From Phycisphaerae bacterium (GTDB lineage Bacteria > Planctomycetota > Phycisphaerae > UBA1845): 64,000 nt of DNA. The stretch is from contig CAXXGO010000006.1 in NCBI GenBank assembly GCA_963666835.2, forward strand, positions 2,112,001 through 2,176,000, written 5' to 3'. The notes under the pieces are model-generated. The model was not told the DNA's origin, searched no databases, and saw only the letters and a list, made by a program, of their open reading frames with translations. This document shows, piece after piece, positions 20,278 to 28,300 of the stretch. Each line of letters begins with the position of its first letter. The first letter of the stretch is position 1. The position numbers and the translations under genes were made by a program.

Positions 20278-22101
20278 TTGAGTAATGACGGAGAGACATT
20301 GCGAAGACCGGTCCGAACGGACCAGGATACCGTAATCCGGCTGCGCCCGTTCGAAGTGCAGAACGTCAGTTGCGACGCGCGGTGGGACCCGCAAGGGGAT
20401 CCGCTTCGAGTGTACTACGAGATTAACGATCCCAACAGCCGCATCCGTTCCGGGAGAATCCTGTATACCGCACGAGGGCCTGACGGTGAGGAGGTGACAC
20501 TCTATCGTCAGGCGCTGGAACGATCTCAGTTCGTCCACGCGCGGTGCTATGAGCTGCGCGAGAGCGAACGGTGGGACGGAACGATTCGGGAGGGTATTAC
20601 GGATCGGATCGGTGAGAAGATCACGGCCGATCTTTCCTTCTTCAGCGTGACGGTAGAGGTGTGGAACACGCGCGAGGCGGAGCCGGCGGCGCGGGTGCGG
20701 GGTGGACAGGGTCGAACCGAACGCGAGGGTGAGTATCTATCGAGCGGGGTGGCGAACGTCGAGGTGGACGCAATTGTCCAGGGGCGCTGGGGGAGCGAAT
20801 GGGTGATTCCCTACGATGATCCGGACGAGCCCGACAAGGGCGAAGCTACGATATCTCTTAGGGTTAAGAACGTCCGTGAGAACACCAGTGCGCGAATCGT
20901 GGTCAGCCGGATAAACGAGATTGCCAACGCCGAGAACGACTACCTTTATGTTGACACCTCCTGGGGGCCGGAGGAGCAGCCGGGTCTGCAGGGATTGGTA
21001 GTACGCAACGGGCGGGTCCTGCAAAGCGACGGCAGCGATCCGAAGGTGCGCTTCAACGTTTATGAGGAGCACTGGAAGTACCCGGGGATCAACTTCTATC
21101 AATTCGGGGTGGCTTTCGGCGAGAACGGGTATGACATGGTGGCGTCAGAGCGAGACTACGTCAACAATGAAAGGGACTGTCTCAACATGCGTTTCACCGT
21201 GTTGATTGAATGCTCCTCCCTCGGCGACGAGTATCGCACCGCGACTGACCAGTTATGGCGTTTCCTGAAGCGCGAGACGAAGTACTTTCGTCCGTACAAG
21301 CTCATGAACCGCGTACGGAATATCGACGACTGGATCAAACACTATCGCAATCGTTATATCGTCACGATTCAGGGCCACGGGGGTGTGTACTGCGCTCATA
21401 GCGACCATCCGACGCGCACGGTTGGCAGCGGACGCCGCGCCCGAACCGAGCGGATGGACATGTACCACCGGGGTTTCGCTCCCGACAACTACTACTGTCC
21501 GACCGGTGTCGAGGAAACCGAGGCCGGCCGCCGCGAACACCGTTGGGCTCTACGCCACTACGGGCATCCCTTCGGCGGCTGCGGCAATTCCAGCCATGTC
21601 TACCACAGTCTTTCGCTTTCGCAGGATCGCAGCACGCGGCGGAAGATGTTGGCGGTGAATTTGCCCAACCAGGATACCAGTTTGCGTCCGCAGGTAGCGC
21701 TAGGGAAGAGGCGCGGTCGATCCGACGAACGCGTGATCCGTATGCTGGGGGTCGACGATAACGGGCCGCGGCTCTTGTTCTATGCGGGCGGATGCCGGTC
21801 CATGTTGTCCAAGAATCTGGGGGAACGGTTCACCCGCAATGGAACAAAGCACTACCACGGATGGGTCTGGAGCGTTTGGATTCGCGAGAACCGCCGTTTC
21901 TGTCTAGACCTGTTCCGCCGTTGGATCAAGGGGACCGAGGGTGATCCGCCGGCTTCGGAGTGTGAACTGAGCCGGTTCCTGCCGGCCTATCGCGCGGCGG
22001 CGGCCCGTTCATTTGTGAACTCGCATCCACGCATAATGGAAGGTCGGAACGTGTTGAGTATTCGGGCGGCTCCGGATCGAGCGGAGGGGGCTTCGTCGTG
22101 A
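20278..22101 (+). CDS. Putative T6SS effector with C-terminal caspase/CHAT-like (clan CD) cysteine peptidase domain
   Basis: Follows PAAR. IVTIQGHGG (His 21376) and LLFYAGGCRS (Cys 21793), followed by LGERFTRNGTKHYHGWVWSV. Start is uncertain: TTG 20278 after GGAG, or TTG 20254. Confidence 0.6.
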   Translation: MSNDGETLRRPVRTDQDTVIRLRPFEVQNVSCDARWDPQGDPLRVYYEINDPNSRIRSGRILYTARGPDGEEVTLYRQALERSQFVHARCYELRESERWDGTIREGITDRIGEKITADLSFFSVTVEVWNTREAEPAARVRGGQGRTEREGEYLSSGVANVEVDAIVQGRWGSEWVIPYDDPDEPDKGEATISLRVKNVRENTSARIVVSRINEIANAENDYLYVDTSWGPEEQPGLQGLVVRNGRVLQSDGSDPKVRFNVYEEHWKYPGINFYQFGVAFGENGYDMVASERDYVNNERDCLNMRFTVLIECSSLGDEYRTATDQLWRFLKRETKYFRPYKLMNRVRNIDDWIKHYRNRYIVTIQGHGGVYCAHSDHPTRTVGSGRRARTERMDMYHRGFAPDNYYCPTGVEETEAGRREHRWALRHYGHPFGGCGNSSHVYHSLSLSQDRSTRRKMLAVNLPNQDTSLRPQVALGKRRGRSDERVIRMLGVDDNGPRLLFYAGGCRSMLSKNLGERFTRNGTKHYHGWVWSVWIRENRRFCLDLFRRWIKGTEGDPPASECELSRFLPAYRAAAARSFVNSHPRIMEGRNVLSIRAAPDRAEGASS

Positions 22102-22595
22102 GTGAGAAGAAGCTTAAAGAAAGATCGGTTGCCGACATCGAGCGGATCGTCGCAGAGGGTCCGCGCGAGCCGCGCGTCGTCCATTGCGAGGAAGAACGGC
22201 AGTGGAATGAGCTTCTTCTGTACAACGTCTCAGAGCACCGCTTGCACGTTCTCGCTCGTGGGGGGGACTTCGTCGTCTTCTACGATGCGGACGGTAAGGA
22301 GATCGGTTGGCGTGACGACGGGCGCAAGGGCACCGAGAAGCCGATGTGGATCGATCGGGACTCGTTTCGCAAGGCCGTGGTCGAGGAGCTGGGACTTCCC
22401 AAGGTGACCCGGCTGGGCAAGTTGTCGGTGCGGGAGCTGCCTCCCCTCGGGTGGACCCATCAGGGGGTCTTCTTCCTGTCGGCGACGCCCACGCCTGATC
22501 AGGTGTTGCGGGTCTGGGCTAATCCGGAGGATCATCGGGTCATTCAGTGCCTTTTCGGGCCCGTTGATGGCCAAGCTTCAGGAGAACAGCCGTGA
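22098..22595 (+). CDS. Hypothetical protein, PepSY/YcdB-like; candidate immunity
   Basis: GTGA overlap with the effector stop. FYDADGKEIGW and LRVWANPEDHRVI resemble PepSY 'v.vd..tG.i' hairpins. Confidence 0.55.
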   Translation: MSEKKLKERSVADIERIVAEGPREPRVVHCEEERQWNELLLYNVSEHRLHVLARGGDFVVFYDADGKEIGWRDDGRKGTEKPMWIDRDSFRKAVVEELGLPKVTRLGKLSVRELPPLGWTHQGVFFLSATPTPDQVLRVWANPEDHRVIQCLFGPVDGQASGEQP

Positions 22596-22834
22596 CCGAG
22601 GAAGAAGCCGTCGCCATCGTTGAGCAGGAACGCGAGGCCCTGCGGATCCCCCCGCGTATGGGCGTCAGCTCCGCGGAGAAGGCCATTGTGGAGTTTATGA
22701 AAGACCGTTCTCGCGCGGGCCGGGTCGAGAATCGTGTCGCTTGGATCGTTGATCTGGCCGATGCTGTCGGTTTCGTGCGGGTGCATGTCGACGATCGCAG
22801 CGGCGAGATACTGGAGGTACTGAGAACCGTATGA
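22592..22834 (+). CDS. PepSY-like small protein; candidate immunity
   Basis: TEEEAVAIV..VAWIVDL..VRVHVDDRSGEIL. GTGA overlap and GGAG RBS. Confidence 0.7.
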   Translation: MTEEEAVAIVEQEREALRIPPRMGVSSAEKAIVEFMKDRSRAGRVENRVAWIVDLADAVGFVRVHVDDRSGEILEVLRTV

Positions 22835-23343
22835 CCGCGCCAAGTCAACTGAAAGAGACCGCCGCTAAGCGTGTGCTCGATATTCTCGCCGAGCGGCTTG
22901 AGCGCGGTGGGATTTCGACCAGTCGTCCGGACTGGTACTTCCAGACCGAGGCGGGCGATCCCCAGGAGTTTCCCGGTGGCTGGCAGGTGCGGGTGCGTAC
23001 GTGGCGGCATTGGTCCGATGCGGCCGTGCATTTCGACGCGGACACTGGGGAAGTACTGCATTGGAGCGTGGATCGGCTATCCGACCCGCCGACGAATGCG
23101 AAGTTGACTCAGGAAGAAGCTCTCCGCATAGCGGCGGAGATTATCGAGATTCCGCTTGATGCCGAGCTACACCGTTTCGAGCACGAGGAGTATGCCGAGG
23201 GGGGGCGCCATGTCGCCCGGATTGAGTGGAAACGGGTCCACAAAGGGCTGCGAGTGGACGGGGACTATCTATGGGTGATGATTCACCCGGAGACGCACCG
23301 GTTGGTGGCCTTCGGTCGAAAATGGCGGACGATGGAGAAGTAG
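22831..23343 (+). CDS. PepSY/YcdB-YcdC-repeat-like protein; candidate immunity
   Basis: VHFDADTGEVL, LTQEEALRIA and WKRVHKGLRVDGDYLWVMIHPET. ATGA overlap. Confidence 0.7.
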   Translation: MTAPSQLKETAAKRVLDILAERLERGGISTSRPDWYFQTEAGDPQEFPGGWQVRVRTWRHWSDAAVHFDADTGEVLHWSVDRLSDPPTNAKLTQEEALRIAAEIIEIPLDAELHRFEHEEYAEGGRHVARIEWKRVHKGLRVDGDYLWVMIHPETHRLVAFGRKWRTMEK

Positions 23344-23411
23344 TATCGCTTTTGTGAATTGCGGATTACTCAGGGTCCGCGATTTCTGGGGGACTTTCGG
23401 GAAGGGCAAGG

Positions 23412-23663
23412 ATGCAAGCAATGACGAGACGGGAAGTGCTGGCGGTTGTTGAACGAGAGCGCGAGCGGCTCGAGGTTGATCCGCAGGCGGAGGTCAGCTC
23501 AGTCGGGCGAGCTCTCGTGGCATGCACTGCCGAACCATCGCGACGCGGCTGCGAGACGCATCGAGTCGCTTGGGTGGTGGAGCTATCCGGCAAAGCGGGT
23601 TATGTGCGAGTGCAACTTGACGACAAGACCGGCGATGTGCTGAATGTCATCAGGGGAAGTTGA
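23412..23663 (+). CDS. PepSY-like small protein, paralog of 22592-22834
   Basis: 35/80 identical residues to 22592-22834 in an ungapped manual alignment (RVAWVVEL..VRVQLDDKTGDVL). Confidence 0.75.
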   Translation: MQAMTRREVLAVVERERERLEVDPQAEVSSVGRALVACTAEPSRRGCETHRVAWVVELSGKAGYVRVQLDDKTGDVLNVIRGS

Positions 23664-23780
23664 GGCCGGACCGCTCCGTCGTCCGGTGACCGATGGTGCG
23701 GGGAATGGCGCCGGTGTTTTCAGAGCGAGGGCAACTAGGCCGGGCATTCCGGTTTGGTTTTAAGTACAAGGAGAAACGAG

Positions 23781-24071
23781 ATGAACTCATTGGTTGAAGC
23801 TCGAGTCAGAAGTTACTTGACGACTCGTCTCAAGTACAGTTTCTATGAATGCGGGGCGATTCTGTTTAGGATGAACAACTGTGCCCGCATGGCCGGGTTC
23901 GATCTGGACAGTCGCTTCGCCGATGCGGGGCTTGGTGCAGGACCCGACGCCCGACTGGCTTCGAGCATCGTCAACCGGGCGATGGGCCGGGCCGGTGACG
24001 GGGCGGCAGAGGGCTCCATCAGAGCCCAGATTGCCCGCTGGCTCCAGAGCACGAACCCTATGGGGCATTGA
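23781..24071 (+). CDS. Hypothetical 96-aa protein at the end of the T6SS cluster
   Basis: Strong AAGGAG RBS before ATG 23781. No recognised motif. Confidence 0.55.
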   Translation: MNSLVEARVRSYLTTRLKYSFYECGAILFRMNNCARMAGFDLDSRFADAGLGAGPDARLASSIVNRAMGRAGDGAAEGSIRAQIARWLQSTNPMGH

Positions 24072-24200
24072 TCTCGGACAAAGCCGGGCGCGTCCGGAAC
24101 CACGGGCGCAAGCCGGCGCACTCTGCTGGAATCGCGTTGAGATGCCCGGTGAACGCCGTAATCGCTCGTCTTCTTCGAGGCACCTGGGACGCCGTGCCCA

Positions 24201-24683
24201 TCACACGTTGTGAAAAGCTACGTCCTCCGTATCGGTATTCAGTACCGCGACGGAATGTCGGATGGCGCGATGAAGTGCTCCGGGGTTAATAACACGTTTC
24301 CCGTGGACAACTTCATCGCGCCGCGCATGACTGTGGCCGTGGAGGATGAAATCGACATCCAACGAGCGGACGGCTGCTTCAAAGCCCTCCTCGTGCCCGT
24401 GGAAGACCGCGAACCGTTTCCCCCCGAGTTTTATCCGCGTGGGAACCTCGGTGGGGACGGTGAGCCCTACGCCGTGCAGATACGCCAGCAGCGGCGCCGG
24501 TCGGCGGTCGGTGTTACCCCACACGAAAGTGCAGGGCCGGCCCACAAGCTCATCAAAGACCTCTTCACCGCCCACATCTCCGCAATGGACAATGTGTTCG
24601 ACTTCAAGCCGATCAAACAACGCCAGAGCCCGTTGCGTAATCCGAGCTTGACCGTGGGTGTCGGACATTACTCCAATCAGCAC
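24201..24683 (-). CDS. Metallophosphoesterase, YfcE/MJ0936 family
   Basis: SDTHG, HCGD, GNTD, HGH, GHSH and NPG motifs. Start placed at GTG 24683. Confidence 0.88.
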   Translation of the reverse strand: MLIGVMSDTHGQARITQRALALFDRLEVEHIVHCGDVGGEEVFDELVGRPCTFVWGNTDRRPAPLLAYLHGVGLTVPTEVPTRIKLGGKRFAVFHGHEEGFEAAVRSLDVDFILHGHSHARRDEVVHGKRVINPGALHRAIRHSVAVLNTDTEDVAFHNV

Positions 24684-24718
24684 CGTTTCGCTCTTTCTGA
24701 TGCGGCCCGCACCCTGAA

Positions 24719-25543
24719 TCAGGTTCCGTCGGCGTTGTGGGGCGGAGTCCATCCCCAATATAGCTTGGATCGGTCCCAAACCAAGTCCCCGCGGGGAAAG
24801 TCCCGGTCTCGCACCAAGTCATCCGCTTTGCAGTTGATTACGCCCCCCGAGAGGTAGAGGACGTTGGCGAAATCGCCGTGGAACTTGGCAAGGCGATCGC
24901 CTTTGTAGTCGCGGTAGTACTCCGTGGCAACGGTTCGTTGGGTTCCGGCCGGAGAATTAGGGGCAATATCGAACAGCAGCACGGTTGTGGGGTGTTTCGA
25001 GAACCGGTGAGCCCGCAACGGTCTGTCGCCGCGGTCCGGAAAGCCCGGAGTGTCCTTGCTGGGAGACTCCTTCGAACCCAATCCATCGAGGATCTGATTC
25101 ATACCATAGTGAAACTGGTTCTTGCCCGAGGTGCTCTTGAATACTCCGGTCAAATTCTTCGACGGACAGATCCACAGGTGCATGTCGGGGAACTCCTTGA
25201 TCTGTTCGTCAAAACGTTCGACGTCGCGATAGGCCGGGATGTTCAAATAGGGCGGCAACGCGTTGAACCACGTTCCTGCTTGGTCTATTGCTCGGTAGTT
25301 GCCCTCCGTGGGAAAGTAGTCGAAGAAGTCTTCACGATAGAACTGCACCGCATTGCCCCATTGCTTAAGGTTGCTTTTGCACGTAGCGCGGCGCATATGC
25401 TCGCGGGCATGCGAAAGCGAAGGTACGAGCATGGCCAGAAGCAGAAGGACGATCGAAATTACGATTACCAATTCCAACAATGTCAGCGCCGGGCGGGCGC
25501 AGACCCCTAGCCGGGACTTTTCTGTCAACCATTTGTCAGTCAT
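24719..25543 (-). CDS. Prepilin-type N-terminal cleavage/methylation domain protein (DUF1559-like)
   Basis: LTLLELVIVISIVLLLLAMLVPSL..AR..CKSNLKQ, a CPS motif and a degenerate H-X9-DG C-terminus. Confidence 0.8.
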   Translation of the reverse strand: MTDKWLTEKSRLGVCARPALTLLELVIVISIVLLLLAMLVPSLSHAREHMRRATCKSNLKQWGNAVQFYREDFFDYFPTEGNYRAIDQAGTWFNALPPYLNIPAYRDVERFDEQIKEFPDMHLWICPSKNLTGVFKSTSGKNQFHYGMNQILDGLGSKESPSKDTPGFPDRGDRPLRAHRFSKHPTTVLLFDIAPNSPAGTQRTVATEYYRDYKGDRLAKFHGDFANVLYLSGGVINCKADDLVRDRDFPRGDLVWDRSKLYWGWTPPHNADGT

Positions 25544-25886
25544 CGCCGAGATGCTCCCCAATCCGGGGACCAACGAAATCAGTTATTTGTGCGCCGGCGC
25601 GCCGGTAGGTGAATCAGGTCTGTTCCCCCCGAAACTGCGCGGCGAGAAATCGCTTACGTGCCTTGACCCTGACACGTGCAATCTCGCGTCGACGGCGATT
25701 GCACCCGGCGGTACCGCGTTTGGATGCCGGCGGCTTGAGGCTACCCCCGTCATCCGCTCTGTTTGACCGAATCGGTTGCCTGTGACCCTTTGCGAGATTG
25801 GACTTATTCTCGCTTTAATGGACTTGCTGTCAAGTGTGGATGGGCTAGATGTCGAGGTGTGCAGTGCTGGTGGATGCGGCAGACTG

Positions 25887-26480
25887 CTAGTATTTGTGAT
25901 ACTCGAATGTTTGACAGGCCATGTCGAACAACTGATAGAGCGGGTCGCTCAGCGGGGCTCCGTCGACCGCCAGCGTGACCGCGAAGGCCAGCCCACGCTC
26001 GATCGTGGCCGTCCGGGCTACCGTCGAGAGTTGCGGGATTAGAACCTCCCGCCCCGCGACCGGACCGAGGTTGGCCGCGCGGGGCACGTGCTCCAAGCGG
26101 TTTGCGCTGGGCAGCTCGGCGAACGAATACTGCCGCGCCAGCGTTTCGCCGAGTTCTTCGGCTTGGGCGATGTCTCCAACGACCATGTGGAGGATCAGCC
26201 GCACGTCGTGTCCCTCCGTTATGGTGCCGTGGAAAGGTAAGAGGATCTCGGGTGGTCTCTTGACGACTTCCCCGGGGGTGAACCTCTTGGGGGGGCGGAT
26301 GGAAACACCCCATCCGGGAGGCTCGATTCGCGGGGCGAGGGGGTCGCGTGCCCGTTTTGAGGTCATCGCGCTGGCGAGAACGCAAACGAGTATCAGCAAG
26401 GCGATGGAGCAAGCTAACGCCCGCCCGGGAGAGCCGGGTCTGATTGTGGTGTGGAGTTCCACGTTCATGGTCTCTGACAT
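25887..26480 (-). CDS. Hypothetical membrane-anchored protein
   Basis: One N-terminal hydrophobic helix (ALACSIALLILVCVLASAM). Fills the gap divergent from hpf. Confidence 0.55.
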   Translation of the reverse strand: MSETMNVELHTTIRPGSPGRALACSIALLILVCVLASAMTSKRARDPLAPRIEPPGWGVSIRPPKRFTPGEVVKRPPEILLPFHGTITEGHDVRLILHMVVGDIAQAEELGETLARQYSFAELPSANRLEHVPRAANLGPVAGREVLIPQLSTVARTATIERGLAFAVTLAVDGAPLSDPLYQLFDMACQTFEYHKY

Positions 26481-26903
26481 GCTAGGGCTTGGGCGTCTGG
26501 ATCACAACATGCTGGGGTCCGGCGAAAGTAAGGCGGAGGCTCGCGGGGTCTTTTTGTGGAGCGACGTAACATCATGTTGTATAAGATGTTACGGCGGGTT
26601 CTCCTCCATGGGTCTTCTCTGAAGAGATCTCTGCCGAAAGGGGTGTATGGGGACATTGGCGGGGCAAAGCCCGGTCTATCGCAAACTTTGCCGCTTTGGT
26701 TTCGTGTTCGTCCATCTTCGCCTATACTCAATGGCGCATCTATCGCGGCGTCTTCACTCATGACGCCCCACCGTTTGCGGCCAACTGGCGGGGGCGGGAA
26801 GGGGGCGTGGTGGAGATCGATGGATTGGAGCGAGCGCGACAACGGGTTTTGGTGAGGGCAGCTTCGAGTGCTGCGGAGTGCAACCCAGGTGGGAGGTCAG
26901 TAG

Positions 26904-27230
26904 GTGCAGATACGAGTCACGGGGCGTCACGTCGAAGTTACGGATGATGTGCAGAGTTACATCGAGGCCAAGGCCAACAAGCTACCACGGTTCTACGATC
27001 GGATACACGAGATCGAGGTGGTGCTGGATCACGAATCAGAGCAGTTCAGGGTGGAGATGATCGTGCGGGCGGACCGCAAGCACACCTTTGTCGCTTGTGA
27101 GGTAGGCCCTGACACATTTGCCCTGGTTGATATGCTCGTCGACAAGTTGGAACGGCAGTTGAAGAAGCACAAGGAGAAGAACCGTAACCACAAGCACGAA
27201 TCGAAGCCGGATGTGACGAACGAGTCGTAG
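26904..27230 (+). CDS. hpf: Ribosome hibernation promoting factor (HPF/RaiA)
   Basis: MQIRVTGRHVEVTD..YIEAK and DKLERQLKKHKEK. GGGAGG RBS. Confidence 0.92.
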   Translation: MQIRVTGRHVEVTDDVQSYIEAKANKLPRFYDRIHEIEVVLDHESEQFRVEMIVRADRKHTFVACEVGPDTFALVDMLVDKLERQLKKHKEKNRNHKHESKPDVTNES

Positions 27231-27319
27231 GGTTGTGGTGGTTGGGCCGGACGGGGTCTGGAGTTTCGCGTGGAAGCTCGTGACCATTAGCGGGTTTCGT
27301 CTTGGTGCCGGGAGATACC

Positions 27320-27793
27320 ATGAAGTTTGCCGACCTAATACATGAGCCGTCCGTGATCCCCGAAGTGGAGGGAACGGAGCGTAACGCGGTGATCCGCGAA
27401 CTCGTGAACTCACTTGCTGAACACGGTGCCGTCCCTGCAGAACATGTGGAGACCATCGCGCGCGCCGCTATCGCCCGCGAGAAGCAGGGCAGCACAGGTT
27501 TTGGCAAGGGCGTGGCGGTTCCACACGTCAAACACGAGTGTATCCAGAAAATGACGGCTACGATTGGTCGATCGAGCCGAGGAGTGGACTTTGCGGCGCT
27601 GGATCGGGCGCCTGTTTATGCGATCGTTATGTTGCTGAGTCCGGCCGAGGCGCCGGAAGAGCACTTGGCGGCGATGGAGAAGATCTTCCGTTACCTGCAG
27701 CGGGAGAAGTTCAGACGTTTTCTGCGGCAGGCTGATTCACACGAAGCGATCGTGGAACTCATTCGAGAGGCGGATGACTTGCAGGATGACTAG
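27320..27793 (+). CDS. PTS EIIA (Ntr/fructose-mannitol type)
   Basis: AREKQGSTGFGKGVAVPH phospho-His motif and GVDFAALD. Confidence 0.9.
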   Translation: MKFADLIHEPSVIPEVEGTERNAVIRELVNSLAEHGAVPAEHVETIARAAIAREKQGSTGFGKGVAVPHVKHECIQKMTATIGRSSRGVDFAALDRAPVYAIVMLLSPAEAPEEHLAAMEKIFRYLQREKFRRFLRQADSHEAIVELIREADDLQDD

Positions 27794-27854
27794 CGTCGAC
27801 GGCGACGCAGGATTCCGGTGTGTTATTCGACTAACAGAGAAAGGCCGACCACGA

Positions 27855-28166
27855 TTGTCCGCCCCAGAGACCGAGGCTGTGCGTGAGGTTGAGGTTCGGA
27901 ACCGAGAGGGCCTCCATGCGCGACCGGTCATGCGTTTCGTGGATCTTGCCATGCAGTTTCGGTCGAGCGTAACGGTGGCAAACGTCACTAAGAACGGAGA
28001 AGTACTCGACGGACGCAGCGCCATGCAGTTGATGTTACTCGAAGCGACGCAGGGGTGCTTGCTCAGAATCAAAGTCCAGGGCGTGGATGCCGATGAGGCG
28101 GCTGATGCTCTGGCAGCGCTGGTGGAATCCGGCTTCGAAACGGGCTCACCTGGACAATCCGGGTAG
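27855..28166 (+). CDS. ptsH: Phosphocarrier HPr
   Basis: NREGLHARP (His15) and DGRSAMQLM (Ser46). TTG start inferred. Confidence 0.88.
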   Translation: MSAPETEAVREVEVRNREGLHARPVMRFVDLAMQFRSSVTVANVTKNGEVLDGRSAMQLMLLEATQGCLLRIKVQGVDADEAADALAALVESGFETGSPGQSG

Positions 28167-28300
28167 TACGCGGCACCGCAGCCAGTGCTGCGAACGAGCG
28201 GGCTGACCATGAGCTTAGCGGCGAGGCGGGCTGGGTCGGTCCCGCATTCGGTGGGGCGGGTGGTGTGCCGACGCGACAGTCGAGGTGTACGGAAACCCTC

